Assembly (NCBI GenBank): GCA_016208085.1
Contig: JACQYT010000080.1
Coordinates: 56,514 to 120,513 of the forward strand
Length of the DNA stretch: 64,000 nucleotides
Source: Elusimicrobiota bacterium
GTDB taxonomy: Bacteria > Elusimicrobiota > Elusimicrobia > Elusimicrobiales > UBA9959
Direction: 5' to 3'
Shown here: piece after piece, positions 17,018-25,765 of the stretch
Layout of the letters: each line of letters opens with the position of its first letter
Position numbering within the stretch: the stretch's first letter is position 1
Notes under the pieces: generated by a model
What the model was told of the DNA's origin: nothing
Seen by the model: the letters and a program-made list of their open reading frames with translations, nothing else
Databases searched by the model: none
Made by a program: the position numbers and the translations under genes

Positions 17018-17392
17018 GGTTTTTAATTATTCCAAACCCGTATTTCACGATCAGGATGCAGAACCGGCCGGTTTTTGCTCCAGGAGCCGGAAAATGAATT
17101 TAAGGTTATAATACAAAAAAGACAGTTCAAGAGTCAGATTGGCCGGGAAACATCGCCGTTGTGACTCTTGAATTCCAACTTCCGGCTTATGCTCTTTACG
17201 CTTGAATTTATGCATGTTCCACCCCTTTACTCACGCTGGTTTATCCTCTAAATCCGTTAAATTGCCGGGGATCACCACGACACTATGCTGTCGTGTTGTT
17301 CGGCTGCGCTATTTATGCGGCAATAGCCCGAAAACCCCGGGCCGGGTATGTAAAATGTTGCCGGGCAACATTTTATAGTAAAATTTAAACCG

Positions 17393-18298
17393 ATGAAAAA
17401 ACCTTTTCCGGCGTATCTTGAAAGTTTTGAAAGCGGAGAGCTGGGGAGAATAGCCGGAAAGCTCGGAAGCTTGCTTTCGGCCTGCCGCCTGTGTCCGCGC
17501 AAATGCGGCGCCGACAGGGCGCGCGGCGAGACGGGCTTTTGCGGCGCCGGAAAGAAGCTGAAAATCTCGTCCCATTTTCCGCATTTCGGCGAGGAACCCT
17601 GCCTTGTCGGGCGGAACGGCTCGGGCACGATATTTTTCGCGCACTGCAATCTTAAGTGCGCCTTCTGCCAGAATTACGAAATAAGCCATTCGGCCGAGGG
17701 ACGGGAGGCGGAGACCGAAGAACTTGTCGGCTGTATGCTGGAGCTTCAAAAGCTGGGCTGCCACAATATAAACCTCGTGACGCCCACGCATTTTGCGCCG
17801 CAGATAGTTTCTGCCTTGGAACTCGCTGCCGGCGGCGGGCTGCGGCTGCCGCTGGTTTACAACTGCGGCGGGTATGAATCCGCTGAGGTCCTGGAACTGC
17901 TGGCCGCCGTAGTGGACATTTACATGCCGGACGCGAAGTTCTCCGCTCCGGAGGTTTCGCGGAGATTCTGCGGCGCTCCGGATTATTTTGACGCGCTGAA
18001 GACCGCGCTGAAGATAATGCATTCGCAGGTCGGGGACCTGGCGATAGAGAACGGGCTTGCCAGGCGCGGGCTGCTGATAAGGCATCTCGTTATGCCGCAA
18101 GGCCTGGCTGGCACTGGGGAGATAATGAATTTCATCGCGAAGGAACTGTCGCCGGACGCTTATGTCAACATAATGGCCCAGTACAGGCCGTGCGGCGAAG
18201 CGCGCAAATTCCCGGAGATAAACAGGCCTGTCACGCCCGGTGAATACAGGGATGCGACGCGGCTGGCGGTTGCGGCAGGACTCCGCAGGGTTGACTAA
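17393..18298 (+). CDS. Radical SAM protein, PflX/pyruvate-formate-lyase-activase-like (COG1313-type)
   Basis: N-terminal CRLCPRKCGADR...GFCG cluster and the radical-SAM CX3CX2C motif in FFAHCNLKCAFCQN. Confidence 0.8.
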   Translation: MKKPFPAYLESFESGELGRIAGKLGSLLSACRLCPRKCGADRARGETGFCGAGKKLKISSHFPHFGEEPCLVGRNGSGTIFFAHCNLKCAFCQNYEISHSAEGREAETEELVGCMLELQKLGCHNINLVTPTHFAPQIVSALELAAGGGLRLPLVYNCGGYESAEVLELLAAVVDIYMPDAKFSAPEVSRRFCGAPDYFDALKTALKIMHSQVGDLAIENGLARRGLLIRHLVMPQGLAGTGEIMNFIAKELSPDAYVNIMAQYRPCGEARKFPEINRPVTPGEYRDATRLAVAAGLRRVD

Positions 18299-18594
18299 AA
18301 TTTCATTCCCGGAAGAGGCCCGGCTGCCTGCGAGCGCCGCGGCTTTAAGCCGGCGCGGGCTGTCAGGGGCAGCAGGTTTATCTTCCTTGCGCAGCAGCCG
18401 TACAGGTGATGCGCGCGGGCCCCCTGGGAGAGCAGGTCCAGCGCCAGGCCGGCGTTAAATATCTGCGCGCCGCTTACCATACCGACGCCTTCTTTAAAAA
18501 AAGCGTCGGGCAGGAAACTTGCCGTAGGCACGACAATGGCCGTCCGCGCGCCCGGCGTTATATGGCTTAAAAGCCCATCCACGGTCCCGTTCAT
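18295..18594 (-). pseudogene. Possible C-terminal fragment of a DUF364-like (Rossmann, putative metal-chelation) protein
   Basis: NGTVDGLLSHITPGARTAIVVPTASFLPDAFFKEGVGMVSGAQI resembles DUF364 C-termini. Only 99 codons remain and an in-frame stop lies immediately upstream, so the N-terminal two thirds are missing. Confidence 0.35.
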
Positions 18595-18618
18595 TATTTT
18601 TTATTCAGAGGCGGAGGC

Positions 18619-19152
18619 ATGAAAACAATCGCGATGTTCATCGCGTTCACCGGGTTCAGGGACGAAGAGTATACCGTGCCCAAAAAGCTGCTTGAAGCGG
18701 CGGGCGTCAAAGTGGTCACGGTCTCCACGGCGAAGGGCCTGGCGCGCGGAAAGTTCGGCGCTACGGCTTCGGTGGACAAGACCATTGCCGGGATAAACCC
18801 GGCGGATTATGACGCGCTGGCGCTTGTGGGGGGGCCGGGCGCGCTGGAGCAACTGGATAATCCGGAGGTCCACGGGCTTTTCAAAAAAGCCGCGGAGCTG
18901 GGCAAGGTCATAGGGGCCATCTGCATCTCGCCGGTGGCGCTGGCGCACGCGGGGCTTTTGAAAGGGAAAAAAGCCGCCTGCTGGCCGGACGGAGCAGGGG
19001 AGCTGAAAAAAGCCGGGGCGGATTATACGGGCGCGGAGGTTGAAACGGACGGGAAGCTTGTCACCGCCGGCGGTCCCGTAGCCGCAGAGAAATACGGACG
19101 GGCCCTGGTTGAACTTTTGAAGCCGGCTGGATATAGTAAAAACTACTTCTGA
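18619..19152 (+). CDS. DJ-1/PfpI family protein
   Basis: Nucleophile-elbow AICISPVALAHAGLL and LVGGPG, at a typical ~175-aa length. Confidence 0.85.
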   Translation: MKTIAMFIAFTGFRDEEYTVPKKLLEAAGVKVVTVSTAKGLARGKFGATASVDKTIAGINPADYDALALVGGPGALEQLDNPEVHGLFKKAAELGKVIGAICISPVALAHAGLLKGKKAACWPDGAGELKKAGADYTGAEVETDGKLVTAGGPVAAEKYGRALVELLKPAGYSKNYF

Positions 19153-19162
19153 ATAAATTTTA

Positions 19163-19516
19163 TTAAGGCTTGAACCTTGTCAGGATTTTTAACAGTTTGA
19201 GGACAATCAGCAGATTTTCTTTTTGTAAAGAGCTTTTTTTATGGAATAACGAGCGGAGCTGATGAAGGATTTTAGCATCAAAAAATTCCTCTTTTCTCGG
19301 CGGGTTTGTTTCCCTGAATAAATCCGATACCGGAACTTTTAAACCCCTGGCGATTTTTTCAACGGTAGCCAGACTGGGTGTTTTCTTGCCGTTCTCAATA
19401 TAATTCAGAAACCCGCCGTCAACTTCAGCCAATTCTGCAAGCTGGCTTATGGTCAAGCCCGCCTTTTTTCTTAAGGCGCGGATTCTTGCGCCCATTTTAG
19501 TGCATAAATCGTTCAT
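19163..19516 (-). CDS. XRE-family helix-turn-helix transcriptional regulator
   Basis: HTH segment LRKKAGLTISQLAELAEVDGGFLNYIENGKKTPSLATVEKIARGL. The start is trimmed to MNDLCTKMG. It is divergent from the giant surface-protein gene. Confidence 0.8.
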   Translation of the reverse strand: MNDLCTKMGARIRALRKKAGLTISQLAELAEVDGGFLNYIENGKKTPSLATVEKIARGLKVPVSDLFRETNPPRKEEFFDAKILHQLRSLFHKKSSLQKENLLIVLKLLKILTRFKP

Positions 19517-19711
19517 TTTGTCCTCCAGACATTGTACGCTTAATGTTATAAAGCACAAAATATCCATATGGACAATAAATACTATTGACATATATAGACA
19601 TTTTAAAAATAGAATATCCTTAGAACAAACCGAACAGAGACTTGCATAAAATCTATGATTTTACCATCTGTCTCTAATTTGCGAAATAACAAGCTTGCAG
19701 GAGGGGAATTT

Positions 19712-22700
19712 ATGAAACTTGGAAAAATTATTTCATATGTTTTGCTAATGTTTGTTTTAGCAGCAGTTTGTTCAGACAGGGCAGGGGCAGTTGACTGGAC
19801 ATTCAAAGTTACGGACACACTCCAGAATTACGGCTCTATTAGCACCTCAACAATACCAAACCCTGTCTATAACGACGGCTCAAAAATAATACGGGCGATT
19901 TCACCGGGCACAACCACAAGCTCCAATAACTGGTCTGCGTTCACCAACACCCTCTCAAATGTGACTTTCTACGCGCAATTGGAAGGAACAGCCCTTTCCA
20001 TTCTTGCCTCAGGCCCGACTGAAAGCGCGCTTCGCGCTCTTTGGGCAGGCTATTGGGATGATGAGCCTTACCTTGTAACGGATCCTGTTTCCGGTAACTC
20101 TCTATACCAAAGCTGGGCGGCCACCTACAGCGGGGGAAATTTTACAAGGCCATATGATAAATCGCGGACATTGTTATACCGTTTGGCAAAAGATACTTTA
20201 AGTCAGTTGAAGGGTTTGGGGGCAGTCGGCCAAAACTCGGCTCTAGCCGGCAATTACACTTACGATAGCGTCCAGCCAAAAAAGGTCTTTGTTATACATT
20301 ACAACGTAATGGCGAGCGAATATGGTTATCATGAATCGCTTTCGTCTCGACATTGGCCGTGGGGAAATGCAACCTCTCAATGCAAATACCATCCTTCTCT
20401 GTATGTCTGCGAATATTCCGACGGCGACGTAACCAAAATATTTAATTTTTCCTATCAGAATCCCGCCGCATTCAATTTGGCTGGTTATATCTCTAACGAC
20501 AATTCAGAATGGACAAAATTATACGCAGACTCAACACTATTAATTGAGCAGGTTAACTCTGGCGGTAAGTTAATCGGTATAAGCAGCGCCGCGGCCTTCC
20601 CATCGCAAATTAAGTGGCAGGGGCATAAGACTTGGTCAACCAATTGGGGAAATTTTTGGTACGCCGTCATGGCGGACTCTGTCAGCTACACAGGAACCTC
20701 GCAGGGGAACAGTGAGCCTGTCACCCCGGAATCACTGGATATTTTTGAACTTTTTAATTTTTCCGCCGGGCCGGTCAGCAGCGCGCCGATCGCCGCCATT
20801 CCCGGCAAAGGCTGGCAGATGCCCACCTACGATCTGGGCGCCACTAATTTCTACCCTTCCTCGTCCACGGCCTTTGCCGGCGGGCTTGGCCTTAAGTGGC
20901 AGGCATCCGCGTCAAAAGCGCTGACAGGGGATGTAAACGGCGACGGTTTCCTGGAGGTGGTTACAACCAATGGCAGCTTCCTGAAGGTGTTAGATAAGAA
21001 CGGCGCTGCGCTTGCGGCCGCAGCGACCCCTGCAACGTTGTCCGTTCTTGCGGACGTGACCGGTGACAATATCCCGGAGATATTCCTGTCTTACCGGGAC
21101 GGATTTAACAATCTGAAAATTGACATCTATCAGGGCAACGGGGCGTTTATCAAAACAATCAACCGGGGCGCAAGCGGATATGACAGCAGTTGGGAGGTAA
21201 GAGCGGTAATCGGAGACAAGATACTCACCGGCGAATATACGGGTTACAGCCTAATCCCCAGGGGCGCCGGCGCCTACAGCTATTCATCAGGCAACCAGCT
21301 TTGGTATTACGAAATAGGGCCCTGCTTTGCCGGAGGCGCGGCAAAAGGTTTCGGCATCGGCGACATCAACAGCGACGGGAAGCTGGAGGCGGGGCTTGGC
21401 GCTTACACCTGCCATAACGGAAAGTCGGCGAATGGGACGACTGACGGAGACATCTACAGCATAGTGATAAATGAAGACGGGCAGAATGTCTGGACAAAGA
21501 AAATCGCCGCTGATTGGGTAGCCGGCTGCGCTACGAACGGCTGGATTGAGCATACCTTTGCCGATATAAACGGCGACGGAAATTTAGAAGTCATCGCATT
21601 TGAGCAGCATGACCCGACATATTACCCGGGAACGAATCATATCCATTTAGTAAGCAATACCGGAGCAAACCTGGCGACTTTTGTCGGACCCGACAACGGC
21701 GAGAATTGGCTCTGGGCGATCGCCGATATGAACAATGACGGAAAAAAAGACATTGTTGTCTCCGCTAATAATGAGCAGCGAATTTATATTCTTGACAACC
21801 AGTTGGTCGTTCTGTCGTCAAGCGCTGCCGGCACGGGACAGGTGCTGGCGGTGAACGATATAAACGGCGACGGGAACAACGAAATAATCAGCTACCAGAC
21901 AAGCACATCTAAAATCAGGGTGCTTGGAAGCGATTTCACGGAACTGTATTCTTACGGTGTCAATAATGTGACTCCGTTCGGCAAGATAGTCTCGGATTTG
22001 GACAATGATGGCCAAAACGAGCTTATCGTTTTTACAACCGTAAATCAGATGTATGTTTTGGGGGCAATTGCGTCCGTTGCCACAATCTCCGGCAAGGTGA
22101 CAAAAGCCGACGGAACGACAGCCCTCCCCGGCGCAAAAGTTGAGGTTTTACAAAGTTCGGTTGTAAAGGCTTCGGCAACAGTGGACACAAGCGGCAATTA
22201 CTCTTTGACGATTGCCACCGGGACTTACGACATCAGGGCCTCGTCAAATGGGTATATCACCTCCACCCAAACCGGCAAAACCGTGGCATCAGGTCAAAAC
22301 CCTCCGGTTAATTTTACGCTGAACAGCGCTGTTATTATTGAAAAGATGGTCTTCAGCAAGAATGTCTCCGGCGACGACTATGATATTTACATAATGAATC
22401 CTGACGGCAACGGGCTTCAACAATTGACATCAGGAACTAACAGTGACCGGCGGCCGAGAATATCGCCTGACGGAGAGCTAATTGCTTTTGTAAGAGACGC
22501 GGGCGCAATATATGTAATGAACCCTGATGGCAGCGATGTCCATTCTATAGGTAATACATATTCATTATCATATGATCTGGCATGGTCAACCGACAGCAAA
22601 AAAATATATTACACAACAGGGGAAGGCAGCACCCAAATCCGCTCAATCGCAGTCTCGGGCGGAGCAGACACGCTTGTCTTAAGCAAGACTTCATACCGGT

Positions 22701-25700
22701 TTTTGTCGGTGGATGTGTCTTCCGACGGCAACCGGTTGGTATATATCCTGGACCCTTCAAACTGGACCCCGTACGCAGAACTTCACACGTTCAATCTTTC
22801 CACCCTGCAAGATGCCACTCTGCTGGGCAACGATGGTATTCGGGATTTTTACGCGCGATTTTCCCATGATGGCCAGAAAATAATATGGACAAAAGATACA
22901 AACTCCGAACCTTACGATTTCGGAATGCATATCTGGAAAATGAATACGGACGGTTCAGGCCAAACCGATCTGCACTCCGGGGCTAATTTTGAGGCTGACT
23001 ATCCTGTGGCTTCGCCTGATGACAGCCAAATCGTTTTTGCGCGCAGGGATTCGGCGTCGGGACCATGGAATCTCTGGAAGATGGGCTTTGACGGGACGAA
23101 TCAGGCTCAAATAACAACTATCGGAGGATGTATTGATACGGACTGGGGCCTGGCCGCCGCGCTATCTTCACCAACCGGCTTCATCTCAGGCAAGGTTACA
23201 AAGGCGGACGGGACAACGGCCATCCTGGGCGCAAAAATTGAAGCTTTGCAAAGCTCGGTTGTCAAAGCCTCGTCAACAGCGGACGCAAGCGGCAATTACT
23301 CTTTGACATTGGCCGCCGGAACTTATAACGTCCGTGCTTCTTCAACAGGTTATGTTGCCGCCGTCCAGACAGGTAAAACGGCAACAGCCGGCCAAACCGC
23401 CACGGTCAATTTCAACCTGGACACGGAGATCGTCGGCCAGCCTGACCTGGTTGTGTCAACTATTACCGTGGACTGTTCCACTCCGACAATCAACCAAACC
23501 GTTAATGTGATTATAAAGGTCAAAAACCAGGGCACGGCCGGCGCCAACGGGACTTTCTGGGTGGATTTCTACAAAAATCTCTCCCAGTCGCCGGCTGTGT
23601 CCCAACTGGGCAACGCTTACTGGTCTCAGAGCCCTCTGGAGGCCGGCGCGACAGCCCAATTGACTACGAGCTTCCATTATGACGGGGGCCAGTACAATCT
23701 TTACGCCCAGATTGACTCGGAAAACAACATAGCGGAAAGCAATGAAAGCAATAATATTTATGGACCGGTTTTAGTCAAAGAACAGATGGCAGGCGGGTGG
23801 ATCAGCGGCAAGGTTATTTCCAGGGCCGACGGCAAGGCCGTCCAGGGGGCGGCCATTGCCGCAAAACAGGGCGGGACAGCAATTAACAGTGCGGCGACAA
23901 ATATCGCCGGCAATTATGTTCTCGCTATTGCCTCAGGCGCTTATACGCTGGAAGCGACGGCTCCCGGTTATCTTTCCTCGTCAACGGCTGTTTCTATCCA
24001 GCTGGAGGAGACGAAATACAAAGACTTCGCCCTCTCGCCTATAACGGGTCAGGGCGTGATTACGGGATTTGTCACAAAAGCCGACGGGGTGACTCCCATT
24101 CCGAATGCCGCCATAAAATTGTCAATCGGAGCAATAGTCGTTGACACGAGGCTCGCAAACGCCATCGGCGCATACAGATTCATAACCTCCACCGGCACAT
24201 ACAATCTGGAGGCTAACGCCGCCGGTTATACAACAAAAGTTAACTCAAATATAACTATTTTGGACAACCAGGCGACAGCGGTTAATTTCGCCCTTGCTCT
24301 GGCCAATACGCCGCCGGAGCCTGTTTCTGAGCTTGCCGCTTTGCCTTTGGACAACCTGAAGGTCTTTTTGTCCTGGACCCCGTCCGTGTCCGGCGACGTT
24401 TTCTACTACCGCATTTATTACGCGGCCGGCGCGCTGGATTACCAGACGTTGTATGCCTCGGTAAAGGATACAATCAGCCATCTGGAGCGCTCCTGGACAA
24501 GCCCGGCTTTGAACCGCTCCCAAAATTACTATTTTTCTGTAAGGCCGGTGAATGTTTTTGAAGTGGAAAACCTTGATACCAACAATGAAGTGGAAAACCT
24601 TGATACCAACAATATCGTCAGCGCCGCTATCTCGGAAACCGTCTCCGGCGTCAAAGCGGCGATAAAAGTTCCACAAACAGGCAAAAAGGTCTCCGGCAAC
24701 AGGCTTACCATCGTTGCCGAAGCCGTCCAGGAGCCCTTAAATGTAAGCAAGATTAAATTCATGTACAAAGCGTCCCATCTTGAGGACTGGGAAAGCGTGC
24801 CCGCGGCCGACGCCAGGCATCCCAATCCCGCCGTTGTCTGGCCTTATTTTATCCACTGGGATCTTGCGGATGTTTCTGGCAATTCTTTGCCGGACGGCAA
24901 CTATGATTTAAAAGCCGTCGCATACGATAAAAATAATAACCCGGATCCGTCGCCGATGACCGTGACCATATCAATCAATCATGTGGATAAGGATATAGAG
25001 GAAAAACTGGTTGACGGAAGCCAGCGCAAGACGGAAAAGATACACAACGAGAAAGACAACACAATTAAGGTGGGTGGGGCGGAAGCGGACGCCCTTACCG
25101 AAGTGAAAGTGGCTGCCGGCGCTTTGAACCAGTCGTCGGATTATATCAATGTGACGATTAATCCCTCTCTGGCCTCAAGACCTATCGGAAATTTGGCGCA
25201 AGTGCTGGAATCGCGCGATGTCTTTTTGGACAGCGGCCAGAAAAATCTGTCCAAAGAATCGGAAATAACCATTCCCTATAACGACGCGAATAATGACGGT
25301 GTCGTTGACGGCACAAATATCAAGGCGGATGATTTGCAGGTTTGGTATTTTAATGAAGCGACAAAGTTATGGAAAAAGGAAGATCACTTCACAATAGACA
25401 AGACCAGAAAGGTCGCGACTGTGCTTGCAAGTCATTTCTCCACTTTTGCCCTGGTTTCTTCCCTGGGTGCGGATCTTTCCAATATTAAAGTATATCCCAG
25501 TCCCATCAAGGTTCATGACGGTCATGACAGGGCGACTTTCGCGGGGCTTACCGGCAAGGATGTGAAACTAAGGATATTCAACGTGGCCGGAGAGATCGTC
25601 TTTGAGAAAGAGCATATCTCGACCCCCACCTACGACTGGCTGCTGGTAAACAACAGCGGGAGAGCTGCGGCCGGCGGGGTTTATATATATGCGCTGACCG

Positions 25701-25747
25701 ACAATACCGGCGGGAAAGCCACCGGGAAATTCGGAGTAATAAGATAA
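19712..25747 (+). CDS. Giant (~2010 aa) secreted multidomain surface protein with a T9SS-type C-terminal sorting domain
   Basis: Signal peptide MKLGKIISYVLLMFVLAAVCSDRAGA after a GGAGGGG RBS. There are 7 FG-GAP/VCBS-like blades (GDVNGDGFLEVV, ADINGDGNLEVI, ADMNNDGKKDIV, NDINGDGNNEII, SDLDNDGQNELI ...). Four carboxypeptidase-regulatory-like domains (ISGKVTKADGTT...), TolB-like PD40 repeats, CARDB (PDLVVSTITVD...VKNQG), FN3 and Ig-like modules follow. The C-terminal tail VYPSPIKV...GVYIYALTDNTGGKATGKFGVIR resembles Por_Secre_tail. Confidence 0.85.
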   Translation: MKLGKIISYVLLMFVLAAVCSDRAGAVDWTFKVTDTLQNYGSISTSTIPNPVYNDGSKIIRAISPGTTTSSNNWSAFTNTLSNVTFYAQLEGTALSILASGPTESALRALWAGYWDDEPYLVTDPVSGNSLYQSWAATYSGGNFTRPYDKSRTLLYRLAKDTLSQLKGLGAVGQNSALAGNYTYDSVQPKKVFVIHYNVMASEYGYHESLSSRHWPWGNATSQCKYHPSLYVCEYSDGDVTKIFNFSYQNPAAFNLAGYISNDNSEWTKLYADSTLLIEQVNSGGKLIGISSAAAFPSQIKWQGHKTWSTNWGNFWYAVMADSVSYTGTSQGNSEPVTPESLDIFELFNFSAGPVSSAPIAAIPGKGWQMPTYDLGATNFYPSSSTAFAGGLGLKWQASASKALTGDVNGDGFLEVVTTNGSFLKVLDKNGAALAAAATPATLSVLADVTGDNIPEIFLSYRDGFNNLKIDIYQGNGAFIKTINRGASGYDSSWEVRAVIGDKILTGEYTGYSLIPRGAGAYSYSSGNQLWYYEIGPCFAGGAAKGFGIGDINSDGKLEAGLGAYTCHNGKSANGTTDGDIYSIVINEDGQNVWTKKIAADWVAGCATNGWIEHTFADINGDGNLEVIAFEQHDPTYYPGTNHIHLVSNTGANLATFVGPDNGENWLWAIADMNNDGKKDIVVSANNEQRIYILDNQLVVLSSSAAGTGQVLAVNDINGDGNNEIISYQTSTSKIRVLGSDFTELYSYGVNNVTPFGKIVSDLDNDGQNELIVFTTVNQMYVLGAIASVATISGKVTKADGTTALPGAKVEVLQSSVVKASATVDTSGNYSLTIATGTYDIRASSNGYITSTQTGKTVASGQNPPVNFTLNSAVIIEKMVFSKNVSGDDYDIYIMNPDGNGLQQLTSGTNSDRRPRISPDGELIAFVRDAGAIYVMNPDGSDVHSIGNTYSLSYDLAWSTDSKKIYYTTGEGSTQIRSIAVSGGADTLVLSKTSYRFLSVDVSSDGNRLVYILDPSNWTPYAELHTFNLSTLQDATLLGNDGIRDFYARFSHDGQKIIWTKDTNSEPYDFGMHIWKMNTDGSGQTDLHSGANFEADYPVASPDDSQIVFARRDSASGPWNLWKMGFDGTNQAQITTIGGCIDTDWGLAAALSSPTGFISGKVTKADGTTAILGAKIEALQSSVVKASSTADASGNYSLTLAAGTYNVRASSTGYVAAVQTGKTATAGQTATVNFNLDTEIVGQPDLVVSTITVDCSTPTINQTVNVIIKVKNQGTAGANGTFWVDFYKNLSQSPAVSQLGNAYWSQSPLEAGATAQLTTSFHYDGGQYNLYAQIDSENNIAESNESNNIYGPVLVKEQMAGGWISGKVISRADGKAVQGAAIAAKQGGTAINSAATNIAGNYVLAIASGAYTLEATAPGYLSSSTAVSIQLEETKYKDFALSPITGQGVITGFVTKADGVTPIPNAAIKLSIGAIVVDTRLANAIGAYRFITSTGTYNLEANAAGYTTKVNSNITILDNQATAVNFALALANTPPEPVSELAALPLDNLKVFLSWTPSVSGDVFYYRIYYAAGALDYQTLYASVKDTISHLERSWTSPALNRSQNYYFSVRPVNVFEVENLDTNNEVENLDTNNIVSAAISETVSGVKAAIKVPQTGKKVSGNRLTIVAEAVQEPLNVSKIKFMYKASHLEDWESVPAADARHPNPAVVWPYFIHWDLADVSGNSLPDGNYDLKAVAYDKNNNPDPSPMTVTISINHVDKDIEEKLVDGSQRKTEKIHNEKDNTIKVGGAEADALTEVKVAAGALNQSSDYINVTINPSLASRPIGNLAQVLESRDVFLDSGQKNLSKESEITIPYNDANNDGVVDGTNIKADDLQVWYFNEATKLWKKEDHFTIDKTRKVATVLASHFSTFALVSSLGADLSNIKVYPSPIKVHDGHDRATFAGLTGKDVKLRIFNVAGEIVFEKEHISTPTYDWLLVNNSGRAAAGGVYIYALTDNTGGKATGKFGVIR
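24560..24613 (+). repeat. Perfect 27-bp in-frame tandem duplication (EVENLDTNN x2) inside the giant gene
   Basis: GAAGTGGAAAACCTTGATACCAACAAT occurs twice back to back. Confidence 0.95.
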
Positions 25748-25765
25748 TCTCAGGAGGAAAGCCTT

